The notes below the pieces were generated by a model. It saw nothing but the letters and a program-made list of their open reading frames with translations. It was not told where the DNA came from and did not search any database. 44,326 bases of DNA from the NCBI RefSeq assembly GCF_001194135.2, contig NC_069007.1, forward strand, positions 3,369,310 through 3,413,635, given 5' to 3'. Positions 11,644-25,700 of the stretch are shown here, in pieces. How positions within the stretch are numbered: position 1 is the first letter of the stretch; every line of letters starts with the position of its first letter. Origin of the DNA: Octopus bimaculoides. Lineage: Eukaryota. Made by a program: the position numbers and the translations under genes.

Positions 11644-14600
11644 CTGGAACATTAAAGAACAAAAACAAAAAGATTATTATTATTTCATAAACACACAAAA
11701 AATTACACTACTTTTATTATTATCATTATGGCTGATAGTTAGCAAGGTGGGACACACATAAGAAAGAAGAAAAGCAAAGGAGCACTGATGAGGTCACAGA
11801 AGTGTGACGAAAGAACTCTGGCCGAAATAGGATTAATGTAATGTAATGTAATGTAATGTAATATAAAGCTGAAGCAAATTAACACCAAATATACAGTGCG
11901 TGTGTCTTATTGGCTAAACTGGCAATATGACCATCCCCAAGTACAACAACATCTGTTTCAACACAAGATTTCACATCAAAAATCTTGCAAAACAAATATC
12001 TAAACGGAATTATTATTATAATTTTAAAAGAAAGTATAAAAGAAGAAGGGCTCTTGCCTTGTTAATCAGGCACTCATGGCTTTCAGGGGTTTTTTCACGA
12101 GTAACCTTTAAAGCACCTTCCCCCATTTGGGAGTTTTTTTTATTGTTATGAAATGTTTACACAAATTTTTTTCTTTTGTGCAAAACACTTTCTATATCGC
12201 CTTGTGTGGTCCCTTAATGTTCTGATTCATATTAGCCCTTGTGACCAATAAAAGAATTAATTATTATCTATTTCTTTATTGCCCACAAGGGGCTAAACAT
12301 AGAGGGGATAAACAAGGACAGACAAATGGATTAAGTCGATTACATCGACCCAAGGGTGTAACTGGTACTTATTTAATTGACCCCGAAAGGATAAAAGGCA
12401 AAGTCGACCTCGGCGGAATTTGAACTCAGAACGTAAAGACAGACGGAATACCGCTAAGCATTTCGCCTGGCATGCTAACGATTCTGCCAGCTAGTTTAAA
12501 AGCCGTACACCATGCGAACTTTTAAGCTAGCTCCTGCAGAGGGATAATTGGACCTGCAGCCGAAAACTAAAGAGGGTTAAATAGCATAACTATAATGATT
12601 GTATGCCCTGGTGGTGTCTGATCGGAGGTTAATTAATTCTATATTAAATCTGAATGTGTATGTGTTGCGTTTGCCCCACCACCACTGCGTCACTACTGGT
12701 GTCGGTTTGTTTATGTCCCTGTAACTTAGCATTTTGACAAAACAGACCAACAAGTACCAGACATAAAAAAAAATAAGTACAGGGGGAGGTGCAAATTGCT
12801 CAAGTAAAACCCTTCAAGATAGTGCCCCAGCATGGCCGCAGTCCAATGACTGAAACAAGCAGAAAGATGAGAGAACACGTGTTGTTAGCTTCCAAGACAT
12901 TTCCATTCTCTACAAACTGCCATTTCGCACGGATGGTCAAAGTCGGATTGGCTGGCTTGCTTTCATTACAAACATACACCTCTGACATTTATAACACCAA
13001 CCCTGTGTGTGTGTGTGTGTGTGTACGTGTGTGTTCGTCTGTTTATGTGGGCGTCTAGGTGAGTGTGAGGGGGGGTGGATGGTTGTGTGGATGTTACCGT
13101 GTGTAGGTGTGTAGGTGTGTGTGTGTGTGACTGCTTTTTTTTTTTTTCGATTTCTAGTACGAATTTTACTGGAGCTCTTCGGGTCAGACTAATTACCTCC
13201 CTTCTACACTGATTATCTCCCCTTAAATCCACTCGCAAGGCTCTGGCAGACAGACAGACGTACACCAATGATCCCGCGCAGAGGGGCTGAACCCGGGAAC
13301 CATGAGGTGAGCAAGCAAACTTGTGCCTATCTATCTGTATAACCATTTAGCATTGTATATTTATCTATCAAACACACATATTCATTCATGAAATCGTAAA
13401 TACATTAATTTAAATCACCAAACACTCACAAATGCAGACACACACGAAGACTCCTACAATTTTGGAGGGAACGTGTGTGTGTATATGTCTGTGTGTGCAC
13501 ATGTGTCTGAGGATGTGTGTTTTGTTGTTGATATTTCGGACTTTACCTCGCCAGTCTTTAAACGATTATAGAGTATCTTTGTGATGATGACGGTCCATAT
13601 AATGTGCAGCAGCTGTAGGGACCCAAGAAGCCCGTTGTACAAGTAGTAGATAGGGGCCATACCAGTCACAGTTGGTGCGTAGAACAATGTGCTGTAGAGT
13701 ATCCTGAAAAAGCAACAAAAACAAAAAAAGATGATGATAATAATAATTTCTAACATAAACGAATAGCTGAAAGTTGTGGGGTGGCACTTGCTTGTGTCTA
13801 TGTAGCCTGGGCTTTTGATAGTTAAGTGTCTTAAGACAGGGGTTTTCAAACTGTGGTCCGCGGACCACAGGGGGTCGGTGGACAGCAAATACTTTTTATT
13901 GGCGATTTGATTTTATATATGTTTTTTAATCGAAATCTTTTAATTGACAATAAACCTATTAAATACTGTTAAATAAATAAATGTAAAAATATATGTTATT
14001 TTAAGCAAATATTTATGTATAAATTTCATAAGCGTTTATAAGGGGGTCCCTAAGGTAAAGCCTGTAATATAAAGGGGTCCGCAAGTCAAAAAGTTTGAAA
14101 ACCCTTGTCTTAAGACATTAAACTACAGTATCTACTTACTTAGACTCAACATAAACACAGTACAGAGAATCATCATCATCGTTCATCGTTTAACGTCCGC
14201 TTTCCATGCTAACCTGGGTTGGACGATTTGATCGAGGACTGGTGAAACCAGATGGCTACACCAGGCTCCAATATGATCTGGCAGAGTTTCTACAGCTGGA
14301 TGCCCTTCCTAACGCCAACCACTCAGAGTGTAGTGAGTGCTTTTACGTGCCACCGGCACGAAGGGCAGTCAGGCGGTACTGGCAACGGCCATGCTCAAAA
14401 TGGTGTATTTTACATGCCACCTGAACAGGAGCCAGTCCAGCGGCATTGGCAACGATCTCGCTCGAATGTCTTTACAAGTGCCAGGAAGGCGACGCTGGGC
14501 ACAGGTGCCATCACAATGTGGAACATACTTATAGCTGGGCAGACTGTTAAATGTCTGAGATGTAAATACAATATAGTTTTTGTAACAGATGCTGTTATTT

Positions 14601-17040
14601 GCCTGTGACCCCTGTCTATTCAGACACCTATTTAGGGTTTCTGGAACAGAAAAATAAAATGTCGAGTTGGAAATATGTTTTGCTTACCAACTGGTTGAGA
14701 ATACAACATAGATTGGTTTCATTCTGAAATCCTGGGTATCAATTTAAATGGCATCCAGAAGTAGGGCCTATTGTATATATGATGGCCCAAAATTCAAGCT
14801 ACCATTTGATATATTCATATACATTAGGTGCAGGAGTGGCTGTGTGGTAAGTAGCTTGCTTGCCAACCACATGGTTCCGGGTTCAGTCCCACTGTGGCAC
14901 CTTGGCGGGCCGNNNNNNNNNNCGGGTTCAGTCCCACTGTGGCACCTTGGCGGGCCGACCAAAGCCTTGTGAGTGGATTTGGTAGACGGAAACTGAAAGA
15001 AGCCCGTCAAGTATATGTATATATATGTGTGTGTTTGTGTGTCTGTGTTTGTACCTCCCAACATCACTTGACAACCGACGCTGGTGTGTTTACGTCCTTG
15101 TAACTAAGTGGTTCGGCAAAAGAGACCGATAGAGTAAGTACTAGGCTTACAAAAGAATAAGTCCTGGGGTCGATTTGCTCGACTGAAGGCGGTGCTTCAG
15201 CATGGCCGGTCAAATGATTGAAACGAGTAAAAGAGTATTAAATGGTAGACCAAAGTTTAGGCCTATATACATATATATATATATCAAATTGACTAACCCC
15301 TGCCCTGAAAATTTCAGGCCTTGTTCCTATAATATAAAGGATTATAATAATCTGACTTACTTGAAAGGGAAAATGTAGAGGCGTCCTATATACCAGGCAA
15401 TTGTGAATACAATGAACAGGTGGTTACACCATTTACGGTGTCCGGAGTAGCTGGCCATCTTGGTAGCCTGAAATATTGAATAGAACATTAATTGGTGTGA
15501 CGGTGTGAGGAGAAACACAATGACAAAGATAAAACACACACAAGACAATTTAACAAGAGATGAAATTTCTGTGTCAGGATCAGCAACAAGTGGAAAATAA
15601 GTCACAAATGCATCACCGGAAAGCTTTCTGTGGGTCTCAGGCTTTTTTCAAAGAGATTTTACATATTTCTACTATATCTCAAGCCTGACTAAAACCTTGA
15701 AAGTGGACTTGGTAGATGAAAACTAAAAGAAGCCCAGAGTTATTGCCCTTCCATCCACAAAACATTCCCAAATGCATTGCTTAAATACTCACCAAGTTTA
15801 GGTGTGTGACTATTGGATAGACCAATTTATATATTAAACACATTCCAGGCAGCTGGTTTGTAATCATTATATTTATTATAATTAACTAAATGACAGAAGA
15901 TTATGCAAAGAATTTCATTAGCTTGGAGGTGTTTCTGCTGTCAGATGCAGTGCACTCAGAGCTGAGTGTATGTGCATCACCTTATTTAATTTCATATTAT
16001 GCTCTGCACTCGTCTGATGTTTTATACATTGAGTTCTAACACCAGGTTATTAGTACTGCTATGTATTGACAAAATATTGAAATCATCATCAACATTTTAA
16101 CATCTGTTTTCCATGCTGGCATGGGTCGAACGGTTAACAGGACTTGAGCAGCCCAGGCTTCACTCTGTTTTGGCACGGCTTCTACGGCTGGATGCCCCTT
16201 CCTGACGCCAACCGTTTTACAGAGTGAAGTGGGTGCTTTTATGTAGCACCAGCAAAGGGGTGTTTATGTGGTAAGAGCACCAATCAGCTCAGCTGGAGAT
16301 CAATGCAGAGGATAGCTTATATGCAGGGACAACCACACTTCACATGTGTATTTGGGGGGGGGGGTTGTCCCCCACCTCACAGCTTTGGTTTGTTTACATG
16401 TAACTTAGCAATTCAGTAGGAGGCCGATAGAATAAGGACCAGATTTCGAAAAGAAATTAAATGCTGAGGTCAATCTGGTAGACTGAAAGCCTTCAAGGCA
16501 TTGCCCCAGTATGGCCTGCACTCTAATGACTGAAACAAGTAAAAAATGAAAGACGTTAAATAAGACAGAAATTCAAAGAAAGAAAAAAAAAGGAACACAA
16601 TTGCAGGCGATTAGGGAGTTTCAAGATTGGAAAAGAGATGAGACTTACTTCAAGGAACGGATCGGCCATATCGTGAACAAGGAGGATGAGACAAGATATT
16701 CGGATAATGTTTTGGATCCAGGCAATAAACATCAGTGTCATGGTAACAATATGGTGGATGAAGAGTTCCCAGAAGTCCTAGGAAAATAAGACAACAACAT
16801 TGATGATGATGATAATAATAATGATAATCGTTTTTACTTTAGGGACAAGGCTTGAAAGTCTTTGGAGAAGGGGACAGTCAATCACATCGACCCCTGTGTT
16901 CGACTAGTACTTAATTAACCGACCCCAAAAGGATGAAAGCCAAGGTCGACCTCGGCGGAATTTGAACTCAGAACAAAGCGACAGACAAAATACCACTCAA
17001 TATTTCACCCAGCATGCTAACAATTCTGCCAGCTCACTGC

Positions 17041-17114
<74 letters not shown>

Positions 17115-20100
17115 TAGAGAAAGAAGAGAGAGAGAGGTAAGTATAGTCAAATGGATGGAAGTAATGAAAAGGAGAAAGATAAGTTGCAGAGAGAGAGAAG
17201 GTGGAGTGAATCAAACATCTTAAATAAAAACAGGATGAAGTTGAAAAGGAAAAGTAATTTGTCTAATTAATCTGGTCTTGGCAATTGACTAATCTGATTA
17301 GTTCTGGCTTTTGTTTGAGGGATTATTTTAACTTTGAGTAAGGCCTGGGAATGGACTGGACACAACCTGGTTCCAGTTATGCATGCATGCGTGTGTGTGA
17401 GTGCATGTGTATATGTGTGAGAGAGTGAGAGTACATGTGTATGTGTGTATGAGAGAGAGTGTGCATGTATGTGAGGGAGAGTGTGTGTGTGTGTGTGTGT
17501 GTGCAAGAGATTGCATGTGCGTGTGTGAGAGAGTATTGCATGCTCGTGTCAGTCCAAGGGTGTGTCTTGCCATGTTTATAAATGCATGTGTATATGTATG
17601 CATGTGTGCATGCACCGGTTTGGCCATATGTGTGTGCATTTGTGTCAGGCCATATAATATCTCTATATCAGTAGCAAAACAAGCATGCATATTTGTCTGT
17701 GTGTGTGAGGGGTTACGTATGTATATGACTGTGTACATGGGTGTGTGGTTGCATGCATATATATATGTATATATATATATATGTGTGTGTGTAAATATAT
17801 AAAAACAAAAGGATAAAGAGAGCAAAGGTAAGGTTGAAGAATTTTATGGATAGAGTCTTACAGCTGTTTCTGGGAAGATCCAGTACTTCCCTTCATCCTC
17901 CGGGGTTTGGTTAAATCCAATACCCTCCTCAACCTTATATATATATACACGTATGTGTGCACATGCATGTTTCTGGCCATGTGTGTGTGCATGCATGTAA
18001 GGATGTTTATGTGCTGGTCTGACTGTATGTGCATGCATATGAGTTTGACAATATGTGCACATCGCACACAATGCACGTGTGTGTTTGTGAATGTGTGCGT
18101 CTAGTCATACGTGCAGGGAAAGAGAAAGCATGTGTGTGTGTGTATCCCTAGCCATATGTGACTGTATCTCTGGCTGTGTATGGGTATATGTTCTCATGTT
18201 ATTATGCATGTGCATGTTCACATGATTGTGCATCTGTCCACACAAACCAGATTGAGCATGCACACACACATACAGCCAAACATAGATATGTACAGATACA
18301 CACATGCACACACCTATACACATACTGTCACTCTCACACATACAGAGCCAAACATGCACCGTTACACCCTCACACACCCACACAGCTACATACATGCGCA
18401 CTACCCTACACACATAGACACACACCAACACACACACTGATCGCAGGTGTTCTTACCTTCTTGCGAACATCGGTGAAATGCATGAGGCTGGAACCGACAT
18501 AGTAAGACAGCTCGACGAGGTAGTACCAATAGATTTCTGAAGGCACATGCTGCAAAAGAAACAGATTGGAGATTAGCAGATTTTTCAACAGATAGGGAAG
18601 AATATGGCAATGTTTTTCAAAAGGGGTACCTTTGAACCTCAAGGTTCTGCAGAAAGAGTCTGGGGTCAGTGAGATATGGGACCTTAATAAAATCTTATCT
18701 TTTTCATGTTTTAGCAATTAGACTGTGACTATGCTGGGGCAATGCCTTGAAGGGTTTAAGTTGAACAAATCGACTCCAAGACTTAATTTTTGTAAGCCTA
18801 GTATTAATTCTATCGAACCCTTTTGCCGAACTGCTAAGTTACGGGGATATAAACACACCAGCATCAGTTGTCAAGCAATGTTGGGGGGACAAACGCAGAC
18901 AGACACACAAACATTGTATATATCATCATCATCATCATCGTTTAACGTCCGCTTTCCATGCTAGCATGGGTTGGACGACTTGACTGAGGACTGGTGAAAC
19001 CGGATGGCAACACCAGGCTCCAATCTAAATTTATATATATATATATATATATATACGACCGGCTTCTTTTAGTTTCCGTCTACCAAATCGACTCACGAGG
19101 CTTTGGTCGGTCCGAGGCTATAGTAGAAAACACTTGCCTAAGGTGCCACGCAGTGGGACTGAACCCAGAACCATGTGGTTGGTAAGCAAGCTACTTACCA
19201 CACAACCACTCCATGGATAAACCCTAGGAATTTTGGCAGCCAATCGTGACACCTGAACTGACAAATTTCATTCCCCATTGCAGAGGTTCATCAAGGATAT
19301 CCAACGAACTGTATTGTAAGTCTACCCAAGAGTCTGTGTTAGAATGTACAAGTTACACTTAAATAAAACAGTGAATTGACAGATCTAAAGTCAAATGGAA
19401 GAACATAAGGTAAGAACGTTTAGATTCAAATCAATATTTTTCAATTTGCTTATTTCACGAGCATTGTAACAGTTATCTCCCTTCACTCATACTATATTGT
19501 TTTCATCATTTTGATGCCCACTTTTCCAGGCTTCCATGACAGTAGCGCGCGCGAGAGAGAGAATGTTATATATGTTTGTGTGTGTGTGTGTGTGTGCGAA
19601 GGTATTCTTTTATTTGTTTCAGCCATTTGACTGCGGCCATGCTGGGGTACTGTCTGGAAGTATTTAATCAAATAAGTTAACCCTGGAACTTTTCTTTATT
19701 TTTCAAGTCTGGTACTAATTCTATCGGTTTCTTTTGCTGAACTGCCAAGTTACTGGGACATAAACAAACGAACACCAATGGTCAAGCAGTGTGGGAAACA
19801 AACACAGACACACACACACATGAAGGGCTTCCACACAGTGCCTCCCCACCAGCCCATGGGAAACTGGCAGGGGATTGCAAGGGCACACATGTAGTGGCTA
19901 CCATTGGTTACTGAGAAAATGGACAGGTACTATAATGCTGAGACTTACAAAATGACCAGGCAGGCAATCTGGTAGCTGAACACTGATGTTCAGCTGGGTA
20001 ACTGAAAGATAGTTGAATAGCTCCAGGGGCAAGCAGATAACCGTATAGATAGTGGGGCAATTAGACAGTTAGATAGATAGACAATTGGCTCGGCATAAAG

Positions 20101-22729
20101 CTCAACAGGGAAGCAGATGGCTAAATAGCTAGATAGGCAAACAGGAAGCTAAACAGCTATAGAGGCAAGCAGACAACTAAATAACTAAATGAGCAATCAG
20201 ATAACTAAAGAGCTAGACAGGCAAGCAGATAGCTAAATAGCTAGACAGGCAAGCAGATAGCTAAATAGCTAGACAGATAAGATAGCTAAATATCTCGATA
20301 GATAAGGAGATGGCTAAATAGCTGGACAGGCAAGCAGATAGCTAAATAGCTAGACAGGCAAACAGATAGCTAAATAGCTAGACAGGCAAGCAGATAGCCA
20401 AATAGCTAGACAGGCAAGCAGATAGCCAAATAGCTAGACAGGCAAGCAGATAGCTAAATAAGCAGACAGGCATGCAGATAGCTAAATAAGCAGACAGGCA
20501 TGCAGATTGCTAAATAGCTAGATGGCAATGAGATAGTTGAATACTGGAAAGGCAATGAAATGACTAAATAGCAAGACAAGCAATCAGACAGCTGAATAGC
20601 TATCTGACTGATTGTGACAGGTAAAAGATAGCTAAATAACGAGACTGACAATGAAATAATTAAATAGTTTTAAACAGGCAATCAGAGAAGATTAATAGCT
20701 AAGATAGGCAGAAAAGCAGACTAGGTCAAATGACAAACAGAAGGACAGATAGCCAGAAAATAATGATCTTTGGTCTAGTTGTTACACACAAACGTAGAAA
20801 GAAGAACCTATACCAGTGTCAGCGGTGGGGGGGGGGGAGTAAAACATAGCTGGTACCTGGTGGTGGTGGTGACAAATTAAGGAAGAGGAGACTAATGCAT
20901 TTAGTGAAGTATGACATCTAATACTATTACTACTATTACAACCAGCAACATCGTAGCCACTACTACTACTACTACTACTACCGATTATCTGAACACGAGA
21001 GAAGCATAAATTACAGTGAAAGCAGTCACAACATGACCACCACCACCAACAAATGGTATCAACAGCATAAACACCACTGCCATAACAACAAGAACAACAT
21101 TGGCCACCCAATGGTGATTAGTCAAAACGAGATCATAAAAGCAGGGATAATTAGAATAATGTTGTTGTTGTGTGTGTGTGTGTTTTTTGATTTATTAAAT
21201 CCCATCTGTTACAGCAGAAAGACAAAGAGAGAGAAGGAAAGAGGAGACAGACAGACGGACAGCAATGAGGAAGAAGAGAAAGCTGGGGGGAGGGTGAACT
21301 ACATGGCTCTGTACATTACAGGTTATTTTTATTCTTTTTATGGAGTTCATCATCATCATCATCGTCATATGAAAGTTGAACAAGAGGGCCACTATGCAGT
21401 TGTTAGAACCGCAAGAAATAGCAGCCAAAACCCTACTCAGATCCCACTCTACTGTCTTAATGTTTTTGCCATTTAAACCAGCCATAACCAGCCGAAATAT
21501 TCAAACCTATTCTATGTTGAAACTGGCCAGATCCAGCCTCTCACACCTATCCTACAATGTCATTCTAAAAATAAATAAGCATTATATCTGATAGAACAAT
21601 CTGAATGCTAAGAGGTTAAACCAGACATATTAGGCTGATGTATTCTATCTGTTTTATGGTCAAATTGGCCAGATCCAACCTCTTGTACCTAGCCCACAAT
21701 GTCATTCTAAAAATAAACAATCACAGCTACAGGATAACGTATGATTAATTGAAAACATTGTGAATAAACGAGCACTAAATTTCACAGATGCTAAGAGGTC
21801 AAACCAGCCATATCCGGCACAAATATTCTACCTGTTTTATGGTCAAATTGGCCAGATCCAACCTCTCACACCTAGCCTACAATGCCACTTTGAAAATAAA
21901 CAATTACACCATTGAAATCTCAAAGCTATGGAGATAAAGCATGATTAATTGAAAGCAACGTGAATAAATAAGTACATTTGACAGAGTCAAGGGTTAAACA
22001 GAAAGTATACATTAGATAATGTAACCTTAGATACACTGTGCCAGATAAAGAAAAAAGTGAAGAGTCATCGCTAAAAGAACACTTGTAACCAGTAGTATAG
22101 CTGGGGGGGGGGGCAGAGCCCATCCTGGGCAATGCTTTTATAGGGTGAAGTACTTTCCAGTTTGCTGGGGAACCTGACTGTGAGGATAGTGACAAACTTA
22201 AGGGTTGCCCTCAGTGATATACATTCTAGGTGTGCTACAACCTTTGGCCCCAGGGCCTGCTGAGACAAGGATTACTCAGAGATAAACAACAAAGCTAAGA
22301 AATGATTTACATTTGACGGATATTTGTCCTCATCTTGTTTGTTGTTAACACAACATTTCAACTGATATACTCTCCAGCCTTCATCAGGTGACTTGGGGAA
22401 ATATCGAACCTGGGTTCTCATTCCTAAGGTATTTTCCGATGTAGAGCAGTGTATGCCATCAAAGTGACACTGGGGTAAAATATACTAAGCCCAGTATACC
22501 CATCATGACTACCTGTCTGATAAGGGTACACCAGGCACATGCATCACAACTATACGTGCGTGACATGGTGATCTCATNNNNNNNNNNACATGGTGATCTC
22601 ATATTAAGCTAAACAGCGCATGACCTCGCAGGTGGGGCCCAGTTAGAATTTTTTTCAGGTCGAGTAGGCCATCCTGCTCAAAAAGTCCCTGAATAAGGTT
22701 TGTTTAAGGATGTTTAATGAAACACCCAA

Positions 22730-22761
<32 letters not shown>

Positions 22762-25700
22762 TCACTGCTTGGAATCGAACTCAGAATCTTGGGGTTAGTA
22801 GTTCGCGCTCTTAACCACTATGCTCCAATGAGGGAGGAAACCTTTACACAAATGCTTAGTCTTTGACCAGCGTTTCATTCAAAAGGGGTGGGCCAATCTG
22901 AAACTGAACAAGAAAAATACGTGGAAGATTTTTTCTTTTTCTTCTTGGATTTTTTTTTTAATACCTGATGTGGGTAATTCGGCCAGCATTCTGTTGAATC
23001 CCAAAACCAGACTTTCTGTAAAGAAGAAAAAAAAAATGGAACAATAAAAACAATAAAATAATATCCCAAAATAATAAAAAACATGAGCAAAAATATAACA
23101 AAAAAACTAAAATGTGTCTTTCAGCTGTGTACCCAGTTCAAAAGAGAGCCATGCTGACTGTGCAACACACCCCTTGGTATTGGGTGATAGCTGTAAACAA
23201 GCAGCACTGTTATACAAGCAGTGTCATTCATTTCCAATCTTCTGTGAAAATATGGTCCCTCCATAAGGAAATGTTACCTTGCTTGGAAGCAGGTGAGGGT
23301 TGGCACCAGGAAAGGCATCTGGCTGTAGAAAATCTGTCTCAATGAATTTCATCTGACCCATGCAAGGTTGGAAAAGTAGAAGTCAAAACGAGGAGGAGGA
23401 GGAGGATACAAGGACATACATTTTAGAAGAGGGTACGACTGACTCCAGTACTTTGCTGGGACAGTATTTTATCAATTCTCGGAAGTTAAAACGGGTATGT
23501 GGGTATTTTAGAAATATCTCACAGAGGGATGGCCGTACCCTGTACAGTTACTGGCTGCCCATTGGCAAGGCCTAGCACCTGTCTGGCCACCCCTGCTAGG
23601 GATACGGCAAAGTCATGGGACTGTAGCATGGAGGATTGTGAAGAAGTGGCAGAAGAGCTTGACAGAGCCAACGGTGCTTCTTACATTGATGCTGAGCAGA
23701 GGAATCTTAGAAGATCAATGGCCAGGATCACCAAGCTCCATCAAAAGAGTAACTGCAACATACATAGGGGTGGCGTCCATCATCGTTTAACGTCCGCTTT
23801 CCATGCTGGCATGGGTTGGACGGTTTGACTGAGGATTGGTGAAACCAGATGGCTGCACCAGGCTCCAATCTGATCTGTTAGCTTGCAGCTTTAATAATAA
23901 TGATAATTAAAGATTTAAAGATGTAGCTTTTAATTATACTCACATTATACAATATTATAGTACCAATTATCAATATGGTAAAATAGTAAGTGAATCTCCA
24001 GCTGAAATGGAAAGAAAAATATGTCAGATAATATCACACAGCATCATATTGTGTTATGAAACAGTGCCATGCCGTTCCAAGAATATCCCTACAGTGACAG
24101 GTTATCACATAACATCATACAACATCAAAATATCACATTTGTGACACACAGACACATAAAATGAAGCCGAAAATGCACAAAGAATATATTAGAATTAATA
24201 AGAATTTAATTATATATATATANNNNNNNNNNNNNNNNNNNNNNNNNNNNNNNNNNNNNNNNNNNNNNNNNNNNNNNNNNNNNNNNNNNNNNNNNNNNNN
24301 NNNNNNNNNNNNNNNNNNNNNNNNNNNNNNNNNNNNNNNNNNNNNNNNNNNNNNNNNNNNNNNNNNNNNNNNNNNNNNNNNNNNNNNNNNNNNNNNNNNN
24401 NNNNNNNNNNNNNNNNNNNNNNNNNNNNNNNNNNNNNNNNNNNNNNNNNNNNNNNNNNNNNNNNNNNNNNNNNNNNNNNNNNNNNNNNNNNNNNNNNNNN
24501 NNNNNNNNNNNTATATATATATAGATATATATAATTATTAAAGAGGACAACAAACATTAAGGCAAGGAAAACATCTCAAGTTGTATACAATAGTATTACT
24601 GGAAAAAATTCAAAGTCTTACAGCTGTTTCTGGGATATCCCTGAGTATGGGATATTCCATCATCAGAGACAAATAGAGAAAATGAGAATGGTATATATTA
24701 ATGAGATGACGACATAGAGGAAGGGAGTAAAAGAATAAGGAGATGGAAAGAAAGAAGAAAAAAGAAGTATAAAAGTTCATAGTTCAACTTTCTGGCATTA
24801 TAAAAACAAGAGCATGAGTCCTTAGGTGCAATCCTGTGTACCTAATCGTTTAGATCACCTGTGAACTAAACCCCCATACTTTGTGTGCGTGCATGTGTTT
24901 ATCTTTGTCTTGACATCATGAGATGATTGTAAACAAGCATCACCGTCATACAAGTGAGGTTGTTTGTTTCCAGTCTTCCATGGAAACAACATGTCTGGCC
25001 ATGGGGAAACAGGCGAGGGTTGGTGACAGGAAGGGCGTCCAGTCATAGAGAACCTGCCTCAACAAGTTCCACATGACCCATGCAAGCACAGAAAAGTATA
25101 CATCAAAACGATGATGAGGAGGAGGAGAGGAAGCTATCCATCATCCATTTTTTATTCACTTTCCACATAATGGACATTATGTTAATTAGTCACACATCAA
25201 TGCTGGTTGGTTGGGGTCATAAGGTATTATCAAACAGGGACAAGGGTTCCCCCCCCCCCCCAGCAAAAGTGAAAGGAACTCTGATACATTACCAGGATTC
25301 TGTAAATCTAGTTAGCGTGTTTGCTTTCTCTTGATTCCTTCGAAGACGAAACCAGCGTTGGATCTGTCTTACTGAAAGATCTAATTTCTTCGAATAACTC
25401 TGCAACACAATAAGAAACAAAATAATATTAACAGAACATTGATGAAGCCGACGATGACAAGGAATAGAAACTTATTAGGGAGACATACAGTCAGAAATTA
25501 AATCTCTTCTACCCAAGTATATTACAAGTGCTTACTTCACAGGAATTGAACTCACAAACTCAGAAAGAGGAGAATAAAGCTGAATTTTACAAAGTGTTGA
25601 CTCCAAAATTCCACTATCATCGCCATAAACTTTGCTTTATAATGGTTTCAAATTTAGGCACAAAACCAGCATTTCTGATAGAAAAACGCTAGACAAATAG

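Noticed and set aside
14878-14957. 35-bp tandem duplication across a 10-N gap (similar case at 22563-22602)
   Set aside because: Typical contig-overlap artefact.
22757-22823. tRNA gene
   Set aside because: A and B boxes are present but there is no convincing cloverleaf or Pol III terminator; it continues into a SINE body.
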